Of a stretch of DNA of 64,000 nucleotides, positions 1-15,994 are shown piece after piece. This stretch comes from Macrostomum lignano (taxonomy: Eukaryota): contig NIVC01000432.1 in assembly GCA_002269645.1 (NCBI GenBank), forward strand, positions 310,001 to 374,000, given 5' to 3'. Under the pieces are notes generated by a model. It made no database searches, was not told where the DNA came from, and saw nothing but the letters and a program-made list of their open reading frames with translations. The number at the start of each line of letters is the position of its first letter. Position 1 is the stretch's first letter. A program made the translations under genes and the position numbers.

Positions 1-632
1 CAGCTCTGTCTCTAGATGAATCCAGCTCTGTCTCTAGGTGACTCCAGCTCTGTCTCTAGTTGGCTCCAGCTCTGTCTCTAGCTGGCTCCAGCTCTGTCTC
101 TAGATGACTCCAGCTCTGTCTCTAGATGAATCCAGCTCTGTCTCTAGGTGACTCCAGCTCTGTCTCTAGATGACTCCGGCTCTGTCTCTAGATGAATCCA
201 GCTCTGTCTCTAGATGACTCCAGCTCTGTCTCTAGATGAATCCAGCTCTGTCTCTAGATGACTCCAGCTCTGTCTCTAGATGACTCCAGCTCTGTCTCTA
301 GATGACTCCAGCTCTGTCTCTAGATGAATCCAGCTCTGTCTCTAGATGACTCCAGCTCTGTCTCTAGATGACTCCAGCTCTGTCTCTAGATGAATCCAGC
401 TCTGTCTCTAGATGACTCCAGCTCTGTCTCTAGATGACTCCAGCTCTGTCTCTAGATGAATCCAGCTCTGTCTCTAGATGACTCCAGCTCTGTCTCTAGA
501 TGACTCCAGCTCTGTCTCTAGATGACTCCAGCTCTGTCTCTAGATGACTCCAGCTCTGTCTCTAGATGACTCCAGCTCTGTCTCTAGATGACTCCAGCTC
601 TGTCTCTAGATGAATCCAGCTCTGTCTCTAGA
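1..632. repeat. Minisatellite, 22-bp unit GATGACTCCAGCTCTGTCTCTA (runs off the window start)
   Basis: About 28 near-identical copies read directly. Confidence 0.97.
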
Positions 633-950
633 TGAAGGAAGGAGATTTTCATGGAAGGAGATTCTCATGGAAGGAGATTCTCATGGAAGGAGATTCTCAT
701 GGAAGGAGATTCTCATGGAAGGAGATTCTCATGGAAGGAGATTCTCATGGAAGGAGATTCTCATGAAAGGAGATTCTCATGAAAGGAGATTCTCATGGAA
801 GGAGATTCTCATGGAAGGAGATTCTCATGGAAGGAGATTCTCATGAAAGGAGATTCTCATGGAAGGAGATTCTCATGGAAGGAGATTCTCATGGAAGGAG
901 ATTCTCATGGAAGGAGATTCTCATGGAAGGAGATTCTCATGGAAGGAGAT
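633..950. repeat. Minisatellite, 16-bp unit GGAAGGAGATTCTCAT
   Basis: About 20 copies abutting the 22-mer array; explains ORFs 610-1058. Confidence 0.97.
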
Positions 951-1446
951 TTTATCTCGTGTCAGTTATTCATAGTAAATAAAAAACTTGTCGCCAAAAT
1001 TCGACCATTATTTAGGCACTTATCTGCGGAAATCTTCTGTCACCGGCTCTCCTTGTAGAATATAGATTAGTTGCCAAGCTAGGGTTGATTGAAATAGTCA
1101 AACAGATGCACACAGCTGTATCCGCAGCTAACACGGAATGGGCTTTGTTAGCCTGTCTGTCCCCTCAACGATTTTTATCTCACCTGTCAAATGACCTCGC
1201 CAATCAATGCTCGGCGTTATATATAAATTTTGTCAAGATTAATATCGAGACCGCACCTTGTTGAGCTGATAATTTCAACCTGGTGTCACAGTCTATAGTC
1301 AGTTGTTTTTGTCTCGCGAGCTTTGATGAGTAGGGGGGGGGGTTGCTGTTGACAACATGAGACCGTCTGTTTTGTAAATACTTTTTCTCCTTCTAGGTTC
1401 TTGTTGAAGCTTTCGCCGTCTGGAGGCAATCGAAATTCTCCTACTT

Positions 1447-1705
1447 GCTCTACTCTATGGCCTATCATCTATCCACTCTATTCTACTCTATGGTCAATCA
1501 TCTGTCCACTCTATTCTACTCTATGGTCTATAATCCATCCACTCTATTCTACTCTATGGTCTATAATCCATCCACTCTATTCTACTCTATGGTCTATCAT
1601 CCATCCACTCTATTCTACTCTATGGTCTATAATCCATCCACTCTATTCTACTCTATGGTCTATCATCTATCCACTCTATTCTACTCTATGGTCTATCATC
1701 TATCG
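1447..1705. repeat. Minisatellite, 33-bp unit CTACTCTATGGTCTATCATCTATCCACTCTATT
   Basis: About 8 copies; gives the 11-aa periodicity of ORFs 1401-1757. Confidence 0.93.
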
Positions 1706-2691
1706 ACTTTTTTTCACTCTATTCTATCTGTCTACTGTCTACTTTAACCCTCTGTAGCAGTCAATTTAGTATATTCCTTTCTAGTCCATCCCTACTCAAT
1801 TTTTTATATTTCCATAAAAACGACTTGCTAAAAGCAATGTCTGGAACACAATTTATCAAACGAACAATAAAGGGCCGTCTGATGCAATTATTAAACACTT
1901 CATCACAAAAAATTAACAAATGCGATTGCATAAGAAACTTCACTAAACCGCACCTGTTGCACCCAAATCTGTCATTGAAACTGTATTTATTCCGCAAATT
2001 TCACGCTAAATTAGCCCGGGGCATAAAGAACCGAAGGTCACACACGACAGCTGCAAGAGGACCAACAACCTCAAAAAGTCACTTTAAGCAAGTTAATCCC
2101 CTCTCTTTCTGCAGTTGAACGGGGAAGATAATCCCCGATCCCAAAAAATACGGTAGGCGGGCGATCGCGCATGACTGCTTCGACCCGAGAGGGATGGCGA
2201 AACAGCCACGAACAGGAGAGACCCTGATGAAGGAGACCGGGCGCTCGCTGAACTGAGAAACAAAGAAACAATTTCTCCCTGTGAGATTTTTGCTCGATTC
2301 GGGGGGAAAATTTTGGGAAGACCTACTAAGGGCGGGTGGCGGCCAACCAATGGCGGAGCGCTCGAGGCCTGGGGAGGGGAGGCTGAGGCGGAGAGGAGAG
2401 GCACTTGTGGAGCTTCATCCCGGCTCGGAGTGCCCACGCCCAATCCCAGTTTTGGCACATTCGGTCGGGTAGGCGCGGCCTCCATCAGGTGGTGGGGGGT
2501 GGGGGTGAAACGGGAGCTCGAAGGAGGAGCCCCAGGATGAAGCCCGCCAAATTCTGTGGCCCTTTTTACCTTCGCGAGGCTGCAGGCCTATAAAGGGCCG
2601 CAACGATTGCTTTTAACTGTTCAAAAAATTAACCAATTTATTTACTGCTCGACAGGCGTGTATCTCTGCCCATACCTACAGGATATTAGCA

Positions 2692-2699
2692 TATATAAA
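2692..2699 (+). promoter_or_regulatory. Candidate TATA box of the glass-like gene
   Basis: TATATAAA about 90 nt upstream of the proposed first ATG (2789); GC-box and CCAAT-like motifs near 2330-2350. Motif only. Confidence 0.35.
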
Positions 2700-2788
2700 A
2701 GCCTTTTTAATTTGGTTCCAAAACCCGAGACCCCCCGCCGGAGTGAGTGGCAACGAGCAGCGAACTCAAGCTCAGCTTTCGAACGCGG

Positions 2789-5700
2789 ATGCACAGGCCG
2801 GCAGCGGGCGGCTATTCGGTGAGGGAATCCCTCTAACTGAGGCAGCGGGGAGGCGCTGGAAAGCAGCAAAGAAATTGAAAAAGAAGCAAATGCTTTTTTG
2901 ACATCAGTTTTTATTACTAATTTTTCATCTATCCATTTTCACTTTGAGAGGCTTCATCAGCCCCACCCCTCGCCTCATCAACTCTCTCTCTCTCTCTCTA
3001 GTTCATTCGACTCGAAATCATTCGCCGCCTCATCATCCTCCTCAGCCTCCGCGCTTCGTTGAAAACTCACCTCGAGAGGCCCAGAGAGCTGCAGCCAAAT
3101 CCATCGACAGCAGTTTCCATTTCTTATCAATCCGCAGCTGAAGATGGAGTGCTGCTTCGATGCGGCGTTCAAGCGGGGCGGCGGCGGCGTCAGCGGAGGA
3201 AACGGAAGCGTCGGGAGAGGCGTCGGGCAGCACAGCACGGCATCCACCGCCGCCACATCGGCAGCGGCTGCGGTTGCAGCAACCGCCGTAGCCGCGGCAG
3301 CCGCAGCGGCGGCCACAGCAACCGGGCATTTTGCCCAGCATCAGCAGCAGCACCATCATCAGCAGCATCATCAGCCAACGGCTAACGGCGCCGCTTGCAG
3401 ACTCCCTCAGCATCAGCCACCGCCGCCTCCGTCGTCTTCACCGTCGCCTCGATCTCCGCTGACGCCGCAGACAGCGAATGATCACGAGCAGCATCAGGTG
3501 CTGCTGCAGCACCAACAGTCGGCGCAGTACCTGCACCAGCAGACTTCTTTTTACAGCGCCATGGCTGCAGCTTCGCCAGGTTATCGGTGAGAAATAAAAA
3601 TTCAAATTTTGTCGAACTGCTGATCAACTAGAACTCCATTTGATGCCGACAGACTGAAGTCAGTCTGAAGTTTCCAGTTTGGGAAGTTTCCATGCAGTTT
3701 AGGAGGTTTCCAGTTTAGGAGGTTTCCAGTTTAGAAGGCTGCCAGTTTAGGAGGTTTCCAGTTTAGGAGGCTGCCAGTTTAGGAGGTTTCCAGTTTAGGA
3801 GGTTTCCAGTTTGAAAAGTTTCCAGTTTATGAAGTTTCCAGTTTATGGAGTTTCCAGTTTATGAAGTTTCCAGTTTATGGAGTTTCCAGTTTATGAAGTT
3901 TCCAGTTTATGGAGTTTCCAGTTTATGGAGTTTCCAGTTTATGGAGTTTCCAGTTTATGGAGTTTCCAGTTTATGGAGTTTCCAGTTTATGGAGTTTCCA
4001 GTTTATGGAGTTTCCAGTTTATGGAGTTTCCAGTATATGGAGTTTCCAGTATGAAGTTTCCAGTTTATGGAGTTTCCAGTATGAAGTTTCCAGTTTATGG
4101 AGTTTCCAGTTTATGGAGTTTCCAGTTTATGGAGTTTCCAGTTTATGGAGTTTCCAGTTTATGGAGTTTCCAGTTTATGGAGTTTCCAGTATGAAGTTTC
4201 CAGTTTATGGAGTTTCCAGTATGAAGTTTCCAGTTTATGGAGTTTCCAGTTTATGAAGTTTCCAGTTTATGGAGTTTCCAGTTTATGGAGTTTCCAGTAT
4301 GAAGTTTCCAGTTTATGGAGTTTCCAGTATGAAGTTTCCAGTTTGGGAAGTTTCCAGCTTGGAAACTTGGAATTCGCCTTTTTCGAACCCGCAGGCCGCA
4401 GACAGCATTCCAGCCGCCTGCCGTTGACCTGCGCAGACGAGAGAAGTCGTCAGACTTCGGACTCGCCCAGCATCACCTGCACCAGCATCAGCAGCAGCAG
4501 CAGCTTCATCAGCCAAGCCTACACCATCATCATCCCCATCCGGGCCATCACCCGCACGAGCTGACTGCTTCGCTATTCCACGCCGACCACGACCTGACGC
4601 TCATGTCTTCAACCGCCTATCACGACTACGGTGGCGGCAGCGCTGGCGGTGGCCCTGGCGGCGGCAGCAGCGGTGGCGGGTTCTATCCGGCGGCGATGAA
4701 CATCAACTTGAACATGAACATGAACCTGGGCTTAGCAGCCACCGCGGCCATTACCTGCCACGGCGGTGGCTCAGCAGTTGCCAGCGGCAGCAGCGGAGTC
4801 GGCGGCAGTGTCGCAGCGAGGCACGAAGCGATGCAGCATCCGCCTCAGCCGAGTCTGCGCTACGCTGCTGGCGGCGACGGCGGCGGCGGCGGAAGCGGTC
4901 AGGCCTGGCACTCCTACGAGTATTACTCGTATGAGGATACAGCCACAGCCGCTGCTGCCGCTGCTGCCGCCGCCGCTGCCGCTGCGGGACTGTGCCCGGA
5001 GTCCGAGCACCAGCTGGGACAACAGCCGCAGCAGCCGCATCAATACCAGTTGCAGGCGATCAATTCGCCGCAGCAACATTCAAGTCTGCAGCAACTGCAG
5101 CACCAGCAGCCTCTTGCACCCAGCAATCAGCCGCACTTGCAGCAGCAACAACAACAGCAATCGCATCAACCTAGTTCGTCACAGGCGGCTGCGGCGGCTG
5201 CGGCTGCTGCTGCGGCGGCGGCAGCGGCAGCCACCGCAAGGCACAGCCACCACCATCACCATCACCATCACCACCACAGTGGCGGAGGCGGCTACCATGA
5301 CTACCTGGGAGGAGGCGCGGGAATAGTTGGTGGCAGCGGCGCAGCCGCTTCCGCGATGCCGCATCAGCAGCCGCAGCCGTCAGCGTTCAACTTTGTCGGC
5401 TACTGCGGCGGCTACGGCCTCGATGGTAGCGGCGGAGGAGGTGCCCTCGGCGGCGGCGTCGGCAGCTCAGGAATGCTGAACAGCTTCCATGAGCTCCCAG
5501 GCGCCACCAGCGGAGGCGGCGGCGGCGGTGGCAGCGGCGGCGGCAGCAGCGGTGCAGAGGCGGAGTCCGAGAAGCTGAACGTGTGTCCGGTGTGCGGCAA
5601 GGCCTATGCGCGAAGCTCAACGCTCAAGACACACATGAGAACGCACAGCGGAGAGCGGCCGTTCCGCTGTCACGTTTGCGACAAAACTTTCTCGCAGGTG

Positions 5701-7254
5701 AGGAAAATTTGAAACTTTGAAACTTTGTTAAATCCTGCTTTGTATCTAGGTAGGAATGTATAGGATTGCTTTTATTGCCTTTAGACCAGGAGTCTCTAAT
5801 CTCCTCTCCTCTTCCCTCCTCTCCTCTCCTTTCCTTTCCTCTCCTCTCCTCTCCTCTCCTCTCATCTCATCTCATCTCCTCTCCTCTCCTGTCCTCTCCT
5901 CTCCTGTCCTCTCCTCTCCTCTCCTGTCCTCTCCTCTCCTCTCCTCTCTTCTCCTCTCCTCTCCTCTCCTCTCCTCTCCTCTCCTCTCATCTCATCTCCT
6001 CTCCTCTCCTCTCCTGTCCTCTCCTCTCATCTCCTCTCCTCTCCTCTCCTGTCCTCTCCTCTCCTCTCCTCTCCTCTCCTCTACTCTCCTGTCCTCTCCT
6101 CTCCTCTCCTCTCCTCTCCTCTCCTCTCCTCTCCTCTCCTCTCTCCTCTCTTCTCTCTTCTCTTCTCTCCTCTCCTCTCCTCTCGTCTCCTCCCTTTTCC
6201 TCTCCTCTCCTCTCCTCTCCTCTCCTCTCTTCTCCTCTCCTCTCCTCTCCTCTCCTCTCCTCTCTTCTCCTATCCTCTCCTCTCTCCTCTCTTCTCTCTT
6301 CTCTCCTTTTCTCCCCCTTTCCTCCTCCCCCTTATCTTCTCTCCTCTCCTCTCTTTTCTATTCCATCTCCTCTCTTCCCTCCTCTGGCCCGCAGTCAAGA
6401 TTAATGGTTTGCCAACCCAGCTTCCATGATCTCTACTGCATGGAAGTCGATGATTTCTACGCGAGAGGTTGGCAGCTACTGGCATCCTTTTTTATTGTGC
6501 CGCTGTCTATGGCCAAACCTGCTTGCCTTTTTCCGTCTATGTCTATGGGCAAGACCGAATCTACTGCTGCCAAACGGCAGTTCTCAACTATTAAATAAAG
6601 TTTCTTTTTTCGTCCTTATCTTTTCCAGCCGGTTCAATAGTAAGGATTCTAAGAAATAATTTAGTTTTGCCTAGTTTGCTTGAGTTTTGACTCAGTTCCT
6701 TACTTTTAGCCATAGACAGGAAAGCGTCCATTGAGATTATAAAATTGTCAACTTACTATTTCAATATATTAATTTTGCATTTTTATGCAATTCTACTACT
6801 TAACTGAAAGTAGCTTAAATGCATGCATAAATTTTCCACCAAAAACCCCGCACAGGCCGCCAACCTCACCGCCCACCTGCGCACCCATTCGGGAGAAAAA
6901 CCGTTTCGCTGTGGCATCTGCGACCGGCGCTTCTCACAGAGCTCGTCAGTCACAACGCACATGAGGACGCACAGCGGCGAACGGCCCTACGCCTGTCCGC
7001 TGTGCGGCAAGGCCTTCTCAGACAGCAGCACCCTGACCAAGCACCTGCGGGTTCACAGCGGCGAAAAGCCCTACCAATGCCAGCTGTGCTTGCTGCGGTT
7101 CTCACAGAGCGGCAACCTCAACCGGCACATGAAGGTCCACCTGCCCAACGGCGGCGGCGTCGGTGGCGGCGGCATGGGCGAGGCTGCAGGCGCAATTGGA
7201 AAGTTCGGCGCCCACAGTCGGTGGGACAGCGAGAGCAGCGACAGCAACTGCTAG
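2789..7254 (+). CDS. gl: Glass-family C2H2 zinc-finger transcription factor (five fingers), about 726 aa. Exons 2789-2818 (tentative), 3138-3586, 4395-5697, 6856-7254
   Basis: Finger array [30 protein letters not shown]|[62 protein letters not shown] matches the diagnostic Drosophila Glass fingers as I recall them. All introns GT-AG with matching phases (0,2,0); total 2181 nt = 727 codons. The first mini-exon is less certain (alternative ATG at 3144). Confidence 0.93.
3670..4360. repeat. Intronic minisatellite, 16-bp unit GGAGTTTCCAGTTTAT (glass intron 2)
   Basis: About 43 copies, each containing TTTCCAG. Confidence 0.97.
5796..6355. repeat. (CTCTC)n polypyrimidine tract (glass intron 3)
   Basis: Read directly; explains the SSPLL ORFs. 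Confidence 0.96.
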
Positions 7255-7749
7255 GCCCAGCATGCTAAATTGCGCATAAAAATCTAATTTAACATTTAGC
7301 TAATATTGCACTACTGTTAGAGGAGCTTATCAGTAGGATGTTTCGAGTCGGACAAGCTTTATTTTATTTTTGCTTTCTTTGCACACTAAAAAGGTGAAAA
7401 AAGTCACTTATATGTACAAAACATGAAAATGTACCATAAGTCACTTATTGGATTAATTTATTTGCTTTTTTGAATAGAGAACCAGCATCTGACTGACTGG
7501 TGGAATTAAAGATTAAGGTGTCGTTTCACTACATAAAATGTCCCAGAACCCTGTCCCAGAACCCTGTCCCAGAACCTAATCTCCAACTATGGCTCCAATT
7601 ATGTCAAATATGGATGTGAGTAGCTTAAAAGTTTTCAAATTGAAATTCGTGCACTTAAATAATATAATGAAAAATATAACCTACACTGCAGTTTTATTTG
7701 TGAAAATACACATTTTCTGGTTATCTGACTTCGATTAGGAATATTGAGA

Positions 7750-9230
7750 AGGGTAGGTGGAGAAGGGAGAAGGGAGAAGGGGGAAGGGAGAAGGGGGAAG
7801 GGAGAAGGGAAAAGTGAGAAGGAAGAAGGAGAAGGGAGAAGGGAGAAGGGAGAAGGGAGAAGGGGAGAGGGAGAAGGAAGAAAGGAGAAGGGAGAAGGGG
7901 AGACGGAGAAGGGGGAAGGGAGAAGGGAGAAGGGAGAAGGGAGAAGGGGGAACGGAGAAGGGAGAAGGGAGAAGGGAGAAGGGAGAAGGGAGAAGGGAGA
8001 AGAGGGAAGGGAGAAGAGGGAAGGGAGAAGGGAGAAGGGAGAAGGGAGAAGGGAGAAGAGGGAAAGGAGAAGGGAGAAGGGAGAAGGGAGAAAGGAGAAG
8101 GGAGAAGTGAGAAGGAAGAAGGGGGAGGGGAGAAGGAAGAAAGGAGAAGGGAGAAGGGGAGACGGAGAAGGGGGAAGGAAGAAGGGAAAATGGAGAAGGG
8201 AGAATGGAGAAGGGAGAAGGGAGAAGGGGGAACGGAGAAGGGAGAAGGGGGAAGGGAGAAGGGAAAAGTGAGAAGGAAGAAGGGAGAAGGGAGAAGGGAG
8301 AAGGGAGAAGGGAGAAGGGAGAAGGGAGAAGGGGGAAGGGAGAAGGGAGAAGGGAGAAGGGAGAAGGGAGAAGAGGGAAGGGAGAAGAGGGAAGGGAGAA
8401 GGGAGAAGGGAGAAGGGAGAAGGGGGAAGGGAGAAGGGAGAAGGGAGAAGGGAGAAGGGAGAAGGGGGAAGGGAGAAGGGAGAAGGGAGAAGGGAGAATG
8501 GGGAAGGGAGAAGGGGAAAGGGAGAAGGGAAAATGGAGAAGGGAAAATGGAGAAGAAGGAAGGGAGAAGGGAGAAGGGAGAAGGGAGAAGGGGGAAGGGA
8601 GAAGGGAGAAGGGAGAAGGGAGAAGGGAGAAGGGAGAAGGGAGAAGGGAGAAGGGAGAAGGGAGAAGGGAGAAGGGAGAAGGGGGAAGGGAGAAGGGAGA
8701 AGGGAGAAGGGAGAAGGGAGAAGGGAGAAGGGAGAAGGGAGAATGGGGAAGGGAGAAGGGGAAAGGGAGAAGGGAAAATGGAGAAGGGAAAATGGAGAAG
8801 AAGGAAGGGAGAAGGGAGAAGGGAGAAGGGAGAAGGGGGAAGGGAGAAGGGAGAAGGGAGAAGGGAGAAGGGAGAAGGGAGAAGGGAGAAGGGAGAAGGG
8901 AGAAGGGAGAAGGGAGAAGGGGGAAGGGAGAAGGGAGAAGGGAGAAGGGAGAAGGGGGAAGGGGGAAGGGAGAAAGGAGAAGGGGGAAGGGAGAAGGGAG
9001 AAGGGAGAAGGGAGAAGGGAGAAGGGAGAAGAGGGAAGGGAGAAGGGAGAAGGGAGAAGGGAGAAGGGAGAAGGGAGAAGGGAGAAGGGAGAAGGGAGAA
9101 GGGGGAAGGGAGAAGGGAGAAGGGAGAAGGGAGAAGGGAGAAGGGGGAAGGGGGAAGGGAGAAGGGAGAAGGGGGAAGGGAGAAGGGAGAAGGGAGAAGG
9201 GAGAAGGGGGAAGGGAGAAGGGAGAAGGGA
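7750..9230. repeat. (GGGAGAA)n polypurine tract, about 1.5 kb
   Basis: Almost pure purine heptamer repeat. Confidence 0.97.
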
Positions 9231-9428
9231 TAATTTAGTATACTAAAGGCTTCAATTGAGCCTGAGATCAAGCAGTTCAATTCCCAGTGGAATAATCAAT
9301 CTATTGAAGACTTGCTTTTCACTGTCTATGGCCCAAACGGGGATCTACAGTGGAAAATTCCATGTTATCACATAATAAACTCGCGTTATTATTATTAGCA
9401 TCTGAGAGGGGCGGCCACTCAAACCGGC

Positions 9429-10049
9429 ATGCTGTCCCGAGCTCTGCTCGTCCTGTCCCTGGTGTTCAGCAGCCTGCTGCTCCTAGCCGGTGCACTTCAA
9501 ATTGCTGTCAGCGCCATTCGCTACGCCTCCAACTCGAGCGGCGGCGCAGTGGCACCAGCGGCGGCCAGATCCGAGCTTGGCCAACGAATGCTGCTGGCCG
9601 CGGCCGGCTGTGTCGGCCTGCTGGCGGCCTCGCCTCTGCTGTCCGTCTGTCAGTCAACCAAGCTGTGGCTCAGCGTCGCATTCAGCACCGTCTGCCTGTT
9701 CGTGTCGGCGCTGCTGGCCATCCGCCTGTCCCTGCGGCCAGTTGGCTTCGATCTGATTGGCCTCAGCGTCACCGCCTGCCTCTCCGTGCTGCTCTGCTGC
9801 ACCAACCTGGCCTCGCTGATTGCGCTGGAAAAATCGACTGCATCAACTCAGCGACAGTGGCGCGCCAGCAGGCCTCCACCAGCCCGGCGGCAGCGACTGC
9901 AACAACAGCAGTTGAGATTGACAGAAATTTGCCCCGGCGACTGTCCGCATTCTGACGGAGTGAATCATCACGTGACGCCGCCGCCGTCGTACGAAGCGGC
10001 TGTGGCAGCGGCTCGGCCGCCCAGCTATGACCAGAGCTGCTCGGTCTGA
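9429..10049 (+). CDS. Uncharacterised four-transmembrane protein with two C-terminal PPxY motifs (206 aa)
   Basis: GC-rich uninterrupted ORF in AT-rich flanks; four hydrophobic stretches (about aa 5-29, 54-74, 79-99, 108-133); tail contains PPPSYEAAV and PPSYDQ. An in-frame AG acceptor at 9397-9398 could extend it upstream. Confidence 0.75.
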   Translation: MLSRALLVLSLVFSSLLLLAGALQIAVSAIRYASNSSGGAVAPAAARSELGQRMLLAAAGCVGLLAASPLLSVCQSTKLWLSVAFSTVCLFVSALLAIRLSLRPVGFDLIGLSVTACLSVLLCCTNLASLIALEKSTASTQRQWRASRPPPARRQRLQQQQLRLTEICPGDCPHSDGVNHHVTPPPSYEAAVAAARPPSYDQSCSV

Positions 10050-10257
10050 GCTGCGTGCTCTGAAATTTCATTGTCTTATTTGTTGTATTGCGGATTATTA
10101 TCATTATTATTATTATTATTAATATTAAATATTATTATTGCTATTCATTTGACATGGCGATAGGCATGGTATGTGTGCAATCTTCAATCATTGTTATATT
10201 AAAGTCTTCTGCTTTGTATGCGTACACGGCTTATGCTGTCAATGTTAGCACTTTCCC

Positions 10258-11010
10258 CTTCTCTCTGCCTCTCCCTCTCTGCCTCTCCCTCTCTGCCTCT
10301 CCCTCTCTGCCTCTCCCTCTCTGCCTCTCCCTCTCTGCCTCTCCCTCTCTGCCTCTCCCTCTCTGCCTCTCCCTCTCTGCCTCTCCCTCTCTGCCTCTCC
10401 CTCTCTGCCTCTCCTTCTCTGCCTCTCCCTCTCTGCCTCTCCCTCTCTGTCTCTCCCTCTCTGCCTCTCCCTCTCTGCCTCTCCCTCTCTGCCTCTCCTT
10501 CTCTGCCTCTCCGTCTCTGCCTCTCCCTCTCTGCCTCTCCCTCTCTGCCTCTCCCTCTCTGCCTCTCCCTCTCTGCCTCTCCCTCTCTGCCTCTCCCTCT
10601 CTGCCTCTCCCTCTCTGCCTCTCCCTCTCTGCCTCTCCCTCTCTGCCTCTCCCTCTCTGCCTCTCCCTCTCTGCCTCTCCCTCTCTGCCTCTCCCTCTCT
10701 GCCTCTCCCTCTCTGCCTCTCCCTCTCTGCCTCTCCCTCTCTGCCTCTCCCTCTCTGTCTCTCCCTCTCTGCCTCTCCCTCTCTGCCTCTCCCTCTCTGC
10801 CTCTCCTTCTCTGCCTCTCCGTCTCTGCCTCTCCCTCTCTGCCTCTCCCTCTCTGCCTCTCCCTCTCTGCCTCTCCCTCTCTGCCTCTCCCTCTCTGCCT
10901 CTCCCTCTCTGCCTCTCCCTCTCTGCCTCTCCCTCTCTGCCTCTCCCTCTCTGCCTCTCCCTCTCTGCCTCTCCCTCTCTGCCTCTCCCTCTCTGCCGCT
11001 CCCTCTCTGC
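10258..11010. repeat. (CTCTGCCTCTCC)n pyrimidine-rich minisatellite
   Basis: About 60 copies of a 12-bp unit. Confidence 0.96.
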
Positions 11011-11536
11011 CTCTCTCCCTCTCCCTCATTTCCTTTCTGTCTCCTTCTCTCGTTCGGCCTATGCCTCTCTTCCACTCTCCCTTCCTTCTTCCTCCCTCCC
11101 TGTTCTTCCCATTTCTTGCTTCGACTAGCTGTCTTCCTTCGAATATTACGTAAGCTAGTCGCCAGGAAAAAACCAGACAAAAAAGTTTTAATAATTTTTT
11201 AAATTTTAGTCTACACAATTATGCTTGGTTGATTATAAATTACGTAAATTAAAACTACAGATTTTATACTTTTAACGGGTTCGCATTTCGTAACTTCTCA
11301 TCTTAAAATAGATCACTCTGTCTTAATAAATCCTCTCCTATAGACACAGTTTTTTGCCATGGTTACCTAGTTAAACAAATGGTGTCAGCTCACACGGCTT
11401 CACTGCCATGGATTTGGGTGCTGCCTGCATGAGAAGAAAGTACATCTCCCTAACTGATAGCTTTCTCCATCACCGTACTCAGCCTTCTCGCCCATCTTCC
11501 CTTTCTCCCCATTTTTCATCCCTTCCATCCTTCCTT

Positions 11537-11662
<126 letters not shown>

Positions 11663-12153
11663 CTTGGACTTCTCTTGCCTGTATGTTGATTACTTTGCAA
11701 GACTCTGCCTCTCTGTACGCGCTGGGTAACTCTGTGTTGACTCTCTCAACTGACTGCATTGGAAAGAATTGCGAGATAGCGTTCACCTCTCTGAGCTGCC
11801 ACCGAGCTTGGAGTAAATGAGTACAGTGCAGCCGCTCTTTCTTTGCATCCCGATTTTGGGAAGTAGGGTGTAGGGGGATAGAACGGGGATTCTGGAGAGC
11901 TCATGGTCTCTCTCTCTCAAGCTCTACCGCTTCTGCAGTTTAGTCTTGGAAGGTCGGGGGACGAGATACACAGTGGAGATACGGCGGGGAGAGAGGGGGG
12001 GAGAAGGAGGTGCGGAAAGCGGAAATAAGGCGGAGGGAGGGGTGGGGCGAGTACACTGCGCCTCTTCGATAAGGCTGTTCGCTTTGATTTTAGTCTTCTG
12101 CTCTCCTGCCCGCCCTTCCAGCCAGCTACTCCGAGCAATTTCTCGCACGGCAG

Positions 12154-12234
12154 GTTAACATTGCCATTGCACCAGTTTACTAGGCCTAACCAACTCTGCT
12201 CGGGCAGGTCCGCTGCTTTCAGTACCACATTCAG
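12154..12234 (+). other. Probable 5'UTR intron of the PAL gene
   Basis: CAG|GTTAAC donor at 12154, CCTAAC branch-like motif near 12185, TTCAG acceptor ending 12234, 6 nt before the ATG. Confidence 0.45.
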
Positions 12235-12240
12235 ACTGCA

Positions 12241-15994
<3,754 letters not shown>

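Noticed and set aside
11345-11358. RFX X-box-like TTGCCATGGTTACC upstream of PAL
   Set aside because: Imperfect single motif about 900 bp from the ATG; expected by chance in 64 kb.
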